A DNA stretch of 64,000 nt. Source: Phoronis australis. Taxonomy: Eukaryota > Animalia > Phoronida. The notes beneath the pieces were generated by a model, which had not been told where the DNA came from, ran no database searches, and worked only from the letters and a program-made list of their open reading frames with translations. Positions 26,070-39,231 of this stretch are shown here, one piece after another (position 1 is the stretch's first letter; each line of letters opens with the position of its first letter). Location of the stretch: assembly GCA_002633005.1 (NCBI GenBank), contig NMRA01000361.1:396302-460301 (forward strand). Reading direction: 5' to 3'. The translations under genes and the position numbers were made by a program.

Positions 26070-26900
26070 ACACCTGTGAAGACTCAGAGTCGATCTTGCT
26101 GTGTGTGCAACTGTCCACTCACCAAGGGGTGTTTTTCTCAGTATTATTGAAACGTTTAGCATTGTATGGTGGTGTCAATATTTTTGAGGGGATTATCTGC
26201 ATAAATTGTGAAAGACTCTTACAGACGATTCACACCAAATGACTCATTTCAAATCAAAAATTAAACAAACTCAGAAGTTGTGCAGACCCAAATGTTGTGC
26301 GGTGGAGAGCCCAACTCTACCCTCGGCCAGATCTGAAGTTAGAGGTGACCAGAGAAACCTGTCGCAAACTTATTGAGCTCCAGCCAGCATCAGCTGTTCA
26401 AGAAGTACTGAAACGCGCACCAGCTGATGAGAATATTTGCAGTGATTTAGCACTGAACACTTCTCGAAATCTACAAGTGCATCTTCGTCTGAAAAGAAGG
26501 TTGTTGAAAGAGCTTCTAGTATTTTGAAGTATGAACTCAAATATGCCATTACAGAACAACGTATGAAGGAAAATGATGCTATAGCAGAATCCATAACTGG
26601 CTCAAAGCATGGATGTATTTCTCATTTGCAAGTAAAGAACAAAAACTCTTATGACACGTTATTCCAGTTTGACTGGACCATCATTGTCAATGAGATGAAA
26701 CTTAAATTTCCGGTGTTGTTCTCCCTTATTGTAGGGGTTATGTTAACTCCTGACAATAGGTCAAGCGGAAAGAAGGTAGATAGCATAATACCAAGAATTT
26801 CTGTTATAATGCCCTTTGCATGCAATCTAGAAATCAGCCTCTTTGTCTGGTACAGCGAGTGATATCCTATGTCCTGTCAAGTAGCTTAGTGGAGGTTAAG
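26070..26900 (+). pseudogene. Degenerate transposon-derived ORF (N-terminal CxxC...CxxC zinc domain + 'FDWTIIVNEMKLKFPVLFSL...QSRNQPLCLVQRVISYVL' segment), resembling the N-terminal part of DUF6589/AcademH-type transposases
   Basis: SCCVCNCP...IICINCERLL at ~26095-26220. ORF pieces 26524-26862 and 26820-26900 are joined by a frameshift. Family assignment is from recalled motif similarity only. Confidence 0.45.
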
Positions 26901-28639
26901 GTATGTCACGTTCATCTTGGCTTAAAACAACTTTATTTTAAAGTCAGTGTAAATTGTGGCATTTTAGTACAATTTACAATACATGCCCATAGCCTGAATA
27001 AGAAAATGTAGAAAAATTCAAACAACAAATACTAATTGATGCAAATTTGAATAGTTTTCTTCAACAACTTGTATTTCAGATAAACATACAGTAACATCTC
27101 TTTTGATAAAGTTCTCTCTGTGGTCTATGTTTGTTAAACAGTGAACCAATGCATGAGCAGGTAATACATTAATACAATGCTACATTGAAGGAGAGACATT
27201 TAAAGTTGCTTTTTGTTTTATTTTTTAAATTGTCACTGCTACTTAAGGTGTAACCAGCCAAAATTCTATCACAGTCAAACCTTGTTACACGCCAGGTGGT
27301 AGGAGTGTGCCTTCTACAGCTTAGTTTTCTGTTTCCAGTGTCAAGAGGGATGCTAATAACCCTCCTGGCATATCCTGTAATGACTGTGGCCTTTCGAATT
27401 TTAATTCATAGATGCTTCTGCCTTTCTACTTTGAGAGATGCTTAATGTTCTCTAGCTATTTATCCATCACTGGTGTGTGACTGTGCAAGCATTCTGGGGA
27501 CTAATTATTGGTGAATGTGCATGCTCAAAAACTTTGAAAACCTATAAGAAATGAAAAAGATATTCAATGCATGGTAAAACTTCTGTAGTTTGGGACAATG
27601 AACTTTTAAATTATTTTTGCTCAGTGTCAGAGGTTGTACCGTACAAAATTTTGAAAGTAGGCAATAAAGCGTATACCATTATGTTGTTGAACAGCTGAGT
27701 CTACTTTCACTCTATGTTGACACAAAATGCATTGCGAAATTTATTAATATGATCATCATGGACAACACCAAAATAAATCATTGTCTCTAACCATGAAAAT
27801 TCAACTTTGGCTGGTCGTATTTTAGTGGCTGCCCCAAACTGGAGAATAAATATATAGACTAAAAGTGAATGGACACTCAAGAAGAGGTCTCATTGCCGCA
27901 CTCTCACTGCTTGTGATCATTTTTAGTGCCCGTGCCTGCACACATACACACTGGGATTGGAAATCAGCTTTTCCTATAACATTTTTGTCTACAGCATTCA
28001 CTTTTTTGTTTAAATATCAAAATAACTTTTGTGGAAACTGAGTGTACTTAAGTATGCCTGTTTTGATCATACTGCATTCGGATAAAATTCCGGTTCCATG
28101 ATGAGATGCTGAACAAATAATTGCAGTTGACATGCTTAAAAAAATGACATCTTGCCCTGAGGAATATGCACATTTTTGGAAATTGCCATTTTGTCATGAT
28201 TATTGCCTGTTATAGTTAAATCTGCAGCTGTTGGTACATTATGTAGTCATAAAGAAACTGTTATTATTTAAAAAATGAAACTGTTATTATTTAATCCTGA
28301 TTGAAGTGTGCAAATTTTCCAGGTATTTGACCGTCTTTCTGCTGTTGGTATAATTCTTAATGTATCACTATGCTAATTTGGTGCCAGGCATTTAACAATA
28401 ATAAAGTGTTTCTGTTAAGAATTGTTTCTGCTCTATGTTTCTTATCCTTGTCATCCCTGATTTTGTGGATTTTGTTAAATGGCTTTCAGATTGGTATTGA
28501 AAAAATTGATGATCAATTGTTGGCCGTGTTATAGTTCATGAGGCTTGATTTTAGCAAGTCCGATTGTTATCACCTAGCTCCTGCTTGCCCCCTTGCCAAA
28601 CCAGATCAAGGCTATGATGGCCATTGTGATCGACTAATA

Positions 28640-28922
28640 GCAGGGACGGAGCCAGGATTTTGAGTTAGGCGGGGCCAGGGGATAAACAGAATTTCGGCAG
28701 ATGCCGCGCCCAGCCTAAAATGTGGGGATGCAGGGGTCTCGAATTTTGGGTTTGAGGTCCTGTTGACTAAAAAAAAAGAAAGGGGTATGCATTGCCTAAT
28801 CACACCCGAGCCCCCCTGATTGCGCGCATGTGCAATTCGCATCAGAACTCCCAAATGGTATCTGGTAGAATTTGATAGGGGCCATGACCCCCTTGCACCC
28901 CCCCCCCTTAAATCCGCCACTG
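28640..28922. mobile_element. Short MITE of the CAGTGGCGGA...TCCGCCACTG type; related copy ~62976-63128
   Basis: CAGGGACGGAGCCAGGATTTT ... CCCCCCTTAAATCCGCCACTG imperfect TIRs. Confidence 0.55.
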
Positions 28923-31900
28923 AATAGAGCCAAGTTACGTGACCTCATATGTAATTATGAAAACAAAGTTAGTGTTCACCAGTTCACCTCCTTCACCAAA
29001 AGAAAGAATTAGAGCTTCCCTATATATCTCAGTTGGTCCAGAATGGCATTCAGCGGACTGATTACTAGACACACAGACTTCTCAAATTGTCCCGAGCTAG
29101 GCTGCAAGCAAGTCCGCGTAGATAGGCAGTACTTCCATCATCTCGTCGGCAATATACCGACCACATCGCCACCACTGACACACACCTTTATACATCGGAT
29201 TTGTTTCGGCTTAAGCCACTGTATCGGGGTTTTCTTGTTCTTATTCACTTCCACCACTGTCCGTTTTAATAAAATGCAACTACTAAATCCGTGGTCGCCA
29301 CACTTCGCAATTTGTAAACTGAAAGGGGTTTCCCAACTTTCAACCAATGGGAATGGCTGAATGTTATGACGTCAGTTTCATTACTTTAACCAATGGGAGG
29401 CCATATAAACAGCATTCTACAGTGCTAACTCTCGTTTAGCACTGTGATAGAGTGTAAGAACACCTCTCTTGTCAACGGAAGTCAACAGTATGCCCATGGG
29501 TTTTTACTATGGTTACTGAACCAATAGCACGTAGACACACTTGCTTACAACGCTGATAATGTATCGTCTGAGGTTTCTATTACCTACCAAATGAAATAGG
29601 GACTGCTCGAAGAAAAAGTTTGATAACGGGAGTATTTGTTAGAGTTGGAAGGAATTAAACACATCGACAACCTCCTAAGGTGTTCTTCTATGCGCAAAAG
29701 GTATTTATAACAACGTGACTTTGATGTTTTAGTCGGTGCGAGGCATAATTCGCCGAAAAGCTTCCGGCGTATTGAGCGCCTATAGGAGCTGCATCGCCTC
29801 TGGTCGGGCCAACAGAGGCGATGGTCATTGCATAGGAGCTTCATTTGCTTGTGGATTTTACCACGTAAGTTCAGGGCTCGACATTAACGGTAGTCCGACT
29901 GCCCGGGACAACCAATTTGTTGGTCGAACATTTTGTCCATGTTCTACGTGGTCAAAAACTTATTTTTTTGAACTTTTGATTTGCCTGATGACTTTTTACA
30001 AGGTGTGTTTTTGCATCATTATTTCGGCAGCTGACCGAGTACCCCTATTGCCTAATAGTAGTATCGTCCGATTGTTTTGCACGTGCTTTGAACGCCAGCG
30101 GTGTTGGCTTTGAACTAAAAAAGAAATATACAATGTATATAAAATGTTTCATTGTTCAAAGAATTCAATAAGAAGACGTGTCAATCATTAGAACGTGCTG
30201 GGCTGCCTAACTAAGTTCAAAGTACACAGTACTGAAGAAGCCCTGTCAATCATTAGCACGTGCTTGGTTGCCTAAGTGTCCAGCAAATCTTTACACAATC
30301 AAGTGCTTCCCTTAGAAATACACCGCAAACTAGCGGAGTCTTGCTTTATCTGTCTTTTCTCTCAAGAAACTTGCCCTACTGAACACACGCCTACCTGTAG
30401 GAATACCTTAGTTCTAAGAGATGACCAGCAGCGACCGAGGTACGTAAAATCCCAATCACGCTCAGGATCACGACGCCACTGTATCGTGTGCGCAGGCCGT
30501 TACTTCAATCCACCTACGTACATTTTAACTGATATGCTTGGAGTGTATCTCCGTTCGGGTGAAATTGGTCCTCCGTGCAGTAAGCAACAACTCCTGACTT
30601 TTCCGAAATTTGGATTTTAACCGCCCATGCTCGGCTTACCGCCCACCCCCTGTTTTTTAGATTCTCAGTTTAAGCGCCCACGGCGGTAACGCGGACCAGT
30701 ACGATAGTTAGTTTGCGTATGGTTTCGAGTCAAGGAGTTCTGATCTTGCAACTGGTAACCAAACAGAAAGGCGTGAAATCACCAAGCAACAGTATGAAAC
30801 CAATAAATGAAAACAGGAATTCTTTCCGAAATGAAAGAAAGATTTCGACTGGTTACCGTACGGTTTGTTAGAGACCAGAAGTAAAATGTGTTGTGTCCCG
30901 TGTGAAAAATACGCCGACGCAAACAGTTCATCTGTTGCGTCTGGGTCAGATATGTTCAGGGTTGAATCTTTCAAAAGTCATGAACAGTCGACGGCTCACT
31001 CAGCAGCTTATAAAAATACGTTATATAACTTATTTGAAAAGCCAGGGTAAACTTGTAGCGTGTTCACTGGTGAAATCCAAATACAAATACCCACTTTAAA
31101 GTTAATAAAACTGTGTAATATATGCTCTTACACTTGTTTATTGAGCTTGTACTCAAAGGTATAATGTGCGGCATTCACATATGTTTAAAAGTATAATTTG
31201 AGTTTAATAATCTTTGGACAAGTGTCTTATTAGTCTAGTCGAAAAATGGTCTCCCGTGCACCCCCCGGACTTCTACTTCTAAGATGAATTTTCATGAAGG
31301 AAAATATGTGTGAAAACAGAAAAATGATGTTAACAAGCCGAAAAAATGTCCCACGTATGTTTTTTATGAAAATTGGTGCCACCGATTTGGCGTCATTTCG
31401 CAATATGTCGGTGACTACATGTATTTCATATAACTGAACGAACTAAGTGTCTGGACATATATTTGGTGGGCCAAACATTACATTAAAACTACAAGTAAGT
31501 GCTACAAGCTATGTTTTACATGATACAGGTATAAAATACTCAACACATGAAGCAGAACTGTGTGGGACATGAAAATATTCCATTTGTATCCAAATTCAGG
31601 ACTTTGACGTTGACTCATCCATGAAGACAAACTGTGGCATTGCAGTCCAAAGGTTTAGAAGTAAAACACACCATGAATACAAACTAACATCAAAATACAC
31701 AAAATTTAATGGCCTGTGGACATGTATGTCAATCAGTGCGAATCCAATGCTGGGGACAGGGAAAATTGGACTGCATTCGAAATTAAGACAGCTAGCGACG
31801 CAGAAAACAATGAGGTCGAAGCTTATCTACTGACATCAAAGAAAGAACACTCTCTACCATGAGTATTCTCCATTTAGACTCTATAAGTGAACATGGCAAA

Positions 31901-32357
31901 TTTACAATCTTAAGCAATGTCAGAGGAACAGCAAGCAGCTTCATGAAATTCGGAGCGAACGTCTCCAACAGCCATATGATTCTCCACACTGTATGCAGTC
32001 CGTGTGTGATCAGATTCCTTCTGTTCTTCCAAGTGAATTGGAAGAAAGTGGGTTATCACAGACAAAGCTATTAACATTTCACTGTCAAACTTCACCGCTT
32101 GGCGGACAGTGAAGGTCCAGAGGCAAGAAACTCTCAAGTGCACCATTCGTCCCATAAACTATCAATATCGTGCACCATCATGCTCGTTTTCCCAAATGAG
32201 TGCACTTTCTGCTAATATGAATTAATGTATTAAGTGACGTCTTTTTATTTAAATTTTCATTTCATTTCTCCACAAGCGTGTGAGGTATATCATTTTGTTA
32301 TAGGTTGCCCAGTATCAAGCCGAGAGCTGTCCCAGATTCACGCTCCTTGTTAAATCC

Positions 32358-33365
32358 GGATTATTCTAAGCCCCCTCAACCCGCACCCCACTGACGACCC
32401 CCACGACCTCCTCGACTCACTGCACAAAACCCCCTCGACCCAGTTCAAACATGCTCGATTCCATCTAAACATTGAACAAGCGCTGACTAACAGGACCATC
32501 AAGTCTGGAAGTGAGCTCAGCTGACTTTTTTCTGATTTTTTGCAATTAAGAAAGTCAATTTGGCAAGTTTGAAAGCCAAAAGCAGAAAAAAAACAGCACG
32601 ACCAAATCAAAGACCTACCAAAGTTACTCATGTCGTTCCCCGCTGAGTATAATTGTATCGTCTGCTCATCAATGTATGGCAGATTCAAGTTTTTTGGGAG
32701 AGTGCGAGAAACCCAAATATGTAATTTCTTCAGTAACTACAGTTTAAAAAACAAACTGTTGACTAAAAAGTATCTCAACGTTTCATGTAGTATATTGTAA
32801 ACGAGTATACAACATGACTTTCTAAATCCGCTCTGAGGTGGTGGCGTGTTACAACTATTATGAAAATCTCTTGGTCTATTTACACCGACCTTTTGTCTAT
32901 TTACACTGTCACGAGGTTTCGGTCGGTCTATCCTCCGGCCATCGTCAGCTGTTCAGGATTTGAACCCACGACTGTTGAAACTACAGATAATTTGACTCCA
33001 GCACTTGATCGACCGAAACGTTGTGACAGTGTAAATAGACAAGAGAGGTCGGATGTAAATAGACCAAGAGATTTTAATAATAGTTGAGTATACACCTGTA
33101 CAACAGAAAACAATAAAAATAAGAAATTATGTGCATTCACGTTAACTTATCGTCTCCCTAAGTTTAGTAGAATAAGGCCATTGATAGGTACTCGTGGAAC
33201 TATTTCCATGACAACAATAGCACGCTCACAATCCGCTATATCAAATCATGTTATTACGGCACTAGACTTGAGGTAGATCAGATTCTCGTGCAGGAAAGTC
33301 ACTCCACAGGTCGTGGGTCGTGGGACGTGGGGGTTGTGGGTGTCGAAGAGGTTTTAGAAAAATCC
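32358..33365. mobile_element. MULE-like non-autonomous element with 9-bp TSD GTTAAATCC, nested in the Academ-like element
   Basis: TIRs GGATTATTCTAA...TTAGAAAAATCC with subterminal CCCACGACC repeats. GTTAAATCC occurs at 32349-32357 and 33366-33374. Confidence 0.8.
32852..33086. mobile_element. Palindromic MITE (~75-bp arms) nested within the MULE-like element
   Basis: CAACTATTATGAAAATCTCTTGGTCTATTTACACCGACC...GGTCGGATGTAAATAGACCAAGAGATTTTAATAATAGTTG near-perfect inverted repeat. Confidence 0.8.
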
Positions 33366-35409
33366 GTTAAATCCCAGACACTGGGTGAGCCATTGAACAT
33401 GCCAGTACTGCCTGATACTCGTGCCCCCTAGTCTTGGAACACCAGGCATTTTTCCAAGACCAACAAAGCCTCCATTTCGCATTATCTTCTGAACAACATT
33501 GCGCCAGTAGACATTCATTATACTGAGGATGATCTGTTCATCCAAGATGGTTTTGCACTTCTCCATACGTTAGCTAATCTCCCTTCAACATGTGGTAATA
33601 TCTGTTCACAAGTACTTGATCGAATGGTGTCGAAGAAGCACTTCTTGTTCTCAACTGACAGCTACCACATTGAATCTATCAAAGCCAGGAGCGGTTGTGA
33701 CGTGGTAGTTCAGAGAAAATAGTTTTGGTTGGACCAGCTACACAAAAGCCGTATGACTCCAAAACTTTTCTTGCAAACGATGACAACAAAAAGCAACTCT
33801 GTCATTTGTTACTGCAAATCTGGAGTGGTGAGAAGGCAGTTTCCAGGTAGAAGAAAACTGAGATGGCCATCCTGATTGTAGACGGGCATCCAGTGGCGAT
33901 GAAGTCTATAATCTTTTTTCTGAACAGAACTTTCTGATTATTTCTTACTTAAATAATTTGCGATGTCAAAATGTAATGATAAAAGTAATTTGTTGTTTCC
34001 GGTTCATAGTCAGGAGATAACGCATGTCTACAGTAAACAATAAGAGCCCGACGCTCCAGTACGCTGCCTCACTTGGTGCAGAAACGACGTCGTCAGAATT
34101 CCTGACACTGATGTCTTTGTCATTCTGCTGCAAGCATGCTATGAAGTTGACTTTATATCTAGATACATGGTCTGGAAAACATCCGAGACTACTGAATCTC
34201 TCCGACCTAGCAAAATCCTTGGGAAAAGACTACTGTGAAGCTCTACTTGGATTTTACGTATACAGTAGAGAAGATTGCACCAGTGCGTTTAAACGTAAAG
34301 GAAAGGCTGTCCTCTTAAAAAGCTAGAAAAGAATCCAAAATTTCACCGTGCATTCAGGCAACGTGACGTTGATTGGGATGTAAGTTGGATGAGTTCAACT
34401 GCCTCATGTACGATCAGAGTCGTGAGTCATCGAAAGATGCTACTCGTGCCAACATATTACGTAAAAGTGTTCGTCAACATGAAATCCTCACAAGTCCTAG
34501 ATTGACCTTGCTCGACTTCCCTCGCGCCAGTCTGCATTGAAACTTCACATCCAACTAGTAAACCACCGCATCACCTTGTACAAGCGTGCTTGCGAACCTA
34601 TAAATGAGAAGCCAAAACCTTGTGACGAAGGACAAGGGTGGAGACGGACTGACGAAAGAGTGTTACCACCTGTGTGGTCGTGTTGCGCTATCTTACCAAA
34701 CTCACTGATTAAATTCTTGCTCACCAATGTTTGTGAAGTGGACACAGAAGAGGAAAGTGGAGGGTTGTATGAAAGTTTCACGGAAAGCAATGAAAGTGAC
34801 ATGTAGTGTTAGAACATGTAATCGGTGACATCAACAACTCATGGTTGTCCATTTCCTGCGTTTTTCCCTTGAAATACTTAAAACATTTGTTGTTATTTGA
34901 CTCATTAAAGAGCTGATTATTTTAACACTGAAAGTTGCACATTCAGTGTTTGTATTGGCTTATGTGCACTTCAGAGTAGTATTGATTATAAGTAACCAAA
35001 TAATACAAATTAGATGTAACCGAGTATGAAGAATATTATTCCATCGTAATGCTTGACCCTCAAACAATCGGTTTTGACACTTTATTTGTTCATTTACAAG
35101 AGTAAGAAAGTGAGATATAAAATAACGAAAAATTTGTAATCGCGGAATTAATTTGCATAAAAATGCACGTGGGACACTTTTTCGGCTTGTTAACATATTT
35201 TTTTGGTTTTCACAGATATTTTTCTTTGCAAAAATGCAACTTAAAAGTTGAAGTCCGGGGGGTGCACGGGGGACCATTTTTTGACTCGACTATATTTTTC
35301 AGGACAAGTAAATTTAATTTCTACTTGTCCGACTGGACAAGTTAAATAAAAGTTAATGTCGAGCTCTATAATTTAGCACAGAGTGCTTTGAAATGTGTAG
35401 ACTCATCAC

Positions 35410-35550
35410 CTGTCCCGTATGTGTTTCTAAGTCCTCTGATGATGGCTGTGAACCCCTGCGAACGGCACTTCCAGAAATTTTTCGGATAACCGTGTGAAAT
35501 TTAACAATATTTGTAGGTAAGCATACAGTTTGTAGAAGTGGAGTCGCCAT
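35410..35550 (-). pseudogene. NDUFS6: Duplicated NDUFS6 exon 1 (orphan or alternative first exon), with duplicated promoter
   Basis: [47 protein letters not shown]|gtgatg: open frame, intact ATG and donor, 6 aa differences from 15530-15670. I found no second copy of exons 2-4. Confidence 0.85.
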
Positions 35551-38500
35551 TTTAAAAATGAAAATAATGGACATAATTCAAAGAAACCATGGAACAACTT
35601 GTGGCGACATCTTTTGTCTAACGAAATAACCATGCTGATCAAGTGCGCCAGAGATTCGCTGAGTAGCTTGTTGGCAAACATGTAAGTTACGTAGAAATTT
35701 TCAAGATTTTCGGATGATTTTTGAACAAAAGTTTACCCTTGAATAGGCTAATTTTTGAAATAGCTAATAAATGAGATATCGCAAACACCTGAGACTGCAG
35801 TTAAGACGGACCTCAGACGTAAAAATGGTCTTTGCTACCTCCGAAATTGCCGATAGGGTTCAGATACTTGCTTTATCCGCTGCTCTCCAAAAATCTATTA
35901 GGAATTGTTTTTAAATTGTACTTTTCCACGAAAGGCTATCAAAAATAGGAGTTTGATGAAAAAATAAAACTCGCATAATATGAAAACGAAGAAATGATTT
36001 TAAAAATGTAAACTTTTTAAGATTGCATCTCAAACATTTGTATAAAACGGGATTTGGACATGCAATTGATGTTGTTGTTTTGCTATGAATGAATCTTTCA
36101 TTTTTGCAAAATTTCACTAAAGACACATGGCCCGTGACCCATGTGGATGTAGTTAAAAATCGAATCCTACAGGCTTTCTATTTTCAGAGAATACATACTT
36201 TCGCAGAGTTAGTTCTGTAGATACTTGGGTAAGTGCACATACTTGTCAATAAGTCCTACATAACATTAAAATACTACGTCCTACAACATTCTATCATCAC
36301 TCTATGGTGCACTCATTCTGTCTCATTTTCACCGTGACGTCATGAATCAAGTTATTTGTAACGTACTTAGACCACTACAAAAAGAAAGTTATTCGGGCGT
36401 GTCAACAAAGTTTTATTCCAAAGACTATTCCACTTTTTAAAGGATTAAACATGTCTGATCTTCATGACATTATTCAACAGTTGTTGTTTGAATTTCTTTT
36501 ACAATTGTTGTAACTAGTTATAGGCTAGCTTCATTTGTAACTTTCCTACTCTGACCAATAATCAAACAATTAAAAGATCATGAAGAAAACGATCGTGAAG
36601 CATACCTGCAATACATAGGCATTCCACACACTAACGCACACGCACAAGCACACACAAACACGCACACGCGCGTACGCATGCACGTACACACGCACACACA
36701 CGCGCGCGAGCACACACATTATCCTTACACTGAATTTAGTATTGTTTGGGAAACTCAGTCGGCTCGCGTTTCATAAACATCCTAAGTAACCGAAATATTT
36801 CGGTTTTGATATTTCAATTTGTTAAACCATGGTCAGTGACAAATAGAAAACGTAAAATAAGAAAACAGTTCGATCGAATACATTTATTGTCTTTAATCAC
36901 ATCACTAAAATCGGCAGCTTTGCACTCTCTAAAATGAATAATTTTGAAGTGAAAAAGTGCAGCTGTGTGTAAAAGTGTTAGCAAACGCTTTTACGCGGTG
37001 CACGTTTTTGTTTCATTAACAGACAGTGTAATGCACTTTAGAATGCCTGAGACAACCCATTTGTTCAATAATGACATAATTTACACGGAATTAAAATTAC
37101 ATTCGTAAACATTACAAGAACATAAGCAACTTTTAACGAGGATTTTTTATATTTGAAAGTACACCTATGAATGTGATGGAAAACGTTAATATAAAATGTA
37201 ACATGTATCTAAAGAGCTCACAGCTCAGAAAAAGCCCACTGCCTAGATTAAAACAAATTATGTCTTAGGATTAAGACAAAATTAAAATATGCTTTTTAGT
37301 TTTAAGTACTTCAGGTTGGTTCTCTTCCTTTTTTATTTTGTAATGCAATATTTTTGTTTGTCACAAAGATTCTCGGAAAATAGCCTCCAATGACGTAACA
37401 ATACATGTGATCAGGTCAGATCAATAACACGTTTCACCTACTTTCGAAGTAAAACATTTGAATTATGTTATGGTGAACGTTTTGTCAACAAGCTTGTGTA
37501 GCATATGGTAAAATTATAATACAACATTATTATGATACCACTGTCGCTATTTTTGTTTGATTTAGTTTAATGGCAGCTCCAAACTGATGATAATGAAGAT
37601 GTAATATTGTTTAGTTATCAATTAAATCAAAAGAAATGGTGGCGATATACAACCAATTTCCGATTTTACAACGATGGATGTTAGCTTATGAGATTTAATG
37701 CTGTCCTTTCTATGACAAGATTCATTTGTTTGTTTACACGGTGTCACGCCAGCAAAATTACAAAAGGGTTTTCAAAAGGACAGACAAGCACGCAGGCAGC
37801 GGACAGACAGTCAAACAGACAGACAGTCAGACAGACTCATCGCACACTACAACCAAATGGATTGTTGACAAAGGCGTCATGAAAGCACGAGGAAGCCCTT
37901 TACAAGAATGAGATGCTACACAGGCAGAACATTGAACTGAACAAGTCTAATATTGTTCGACATAAATTATTGCGCCTTAAAGGGACATCAATCGATTTTA
38001 CGACTGAGAAACACCACCATCAAAAATTTGGGGATTATTGTAGGATTATGTGATACTAGACTTCTTGAAATGATTAACTTTGATTAGACCTATAAAAAAA
38101 CAAAATCCACGTTGAGTGTATTTCGTGATTTTACTGCAAATTGCCAATATTCGACACCATTGTTTATCATGTCAACACTCTCAACTAAAATACTCTGCTG
38201 GTTTCCGCGTGGACCTTAGCTCTCAGGCAAAATTGCTGCTACTACAGAGATGTTACGCTCAATGATACGCCACTGCTATTTCTGAAAGTGTACTATTCGC
38301 GTCTAGAATATACCTTTAAGAGGCTGCAACGGAATACTCAAGAGGCTAAGACACATAATTCCCGCTGTCCGCTTCGATATCAAAGCAAATTTGCTTTATT
38401 TTTTTCTTTATCAAGGTTTTAAGAGGTCCCTGGGCTGTGGAAAAACAAACTCTGTGGTATTAGTTAAGTTAAACTATCTCGTCCACAGTGTCGATTTTGG

Positions 38501-39231
38501 CGCAAAAAATCCAACGTTTTTTTGCAGTCAGTAGCCTTGCGGGTAATTTGAATCTCTCAAAGTCTGAATACCATTGTAAACGAGTACTCAGTGTTATGCG
38601 CCCCTGTATGTATTGGGAGGTCTCTGGCTTATTTATAATTGGCAGTGTTTGCTTGATGTCACTAATACCATATGCGTTGCAATTTTAAGTGTACAGGTTT
38701 GGAAAACTTGAATGGAATTAAAAATCTGCCGGTCTCGCGGCGAGAAAAATCTAACAAAAATCACGTGCTCTCATTGAAAATACAGGACAGTACCTCACAA
38801 AATCTTGCTTTTCTGGCGTGTTACTAGTGTTGTATTGAACTCTACCCGGTTGTGTACCAATATCGCAATGCAGTTCTGGTGTATTCAGTAACAACGCACA
38901 CTTTGAATTCTAGACAGAAATCCGACCAGACTTGCTATACGTACCCTGTGTATCGTTTCTTTAATTGTGCAGACCTTGAAATTAGCTTTGTGTGCTTTCT
39001 AAACTATTAGTGTGCCTACGGTAAACAAAATACACTTCCCTTTCCAGAAAATCGCATCTGAATGACCGCATTACGTAAATAGATAATGAATATGCTTCCC
39101 CGTTCACCACCTGTTGTTTGTCATTTCTGCTCTATATATAGACGGGTTCTCAAGCCAAATTCATCAGGAGTTACATGTACATCAAGCTTGGCACCCTACT
39201 AACAAGCACTACAAGAAGTTGAAAAATCAAG

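Larger units (their letters stand above)
31231..35292 (+). mobile_element. Degenerate AcademX-like DNA transposon (~140-bp TIRs, TAG...CTA ends, 3-bp TSD TAT)
   Basis: The left TIR TAGTCTAGTCGAAAAATGGTCTCCCGTGCACCCCCCGGACTTC... matches the reverse complement of 35150-35292, and TAT flanks both ends (31228-30, 35293-95). Frameshifted coding remnants: KTNKAS..HYL, IQDGFALLH, FSTDSY..SIK, FLANDDNKKQL (33400-33850); XPG/FEN-like 'RIPDTDVFVIL', 'LLGFYVYSREDCTSAFKRKGK', 'LHIQLVNHR', 'EGQGW' (34090-34800). Confidence 0.8.
29872..35368 (+). mobile_element. Internally deleted hAT-type DNA transposon (ZNF862-like TTF zinc-finger remnant), host to nested insertions
   Basis: TIRs CAGGGCTCGACATTAAC (29872) and GTTAATGTCGAGCTCTA (35352-35368), with subterminal GGACAAG/CTTGTCC repeats. 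TTF-type zinc-finger remnant 'FPK*KKDFDWLPY...MCCVPCEKY...GSDMFRVESFKSHEQSTAH' at ~30820-31000. The flanks rejoin to the NDUFS6 intron-1 sequence CCACGTAAGTT|AGCACAGAG (15484-15503); the target duplication is degenerate. Confidence 0.8.
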
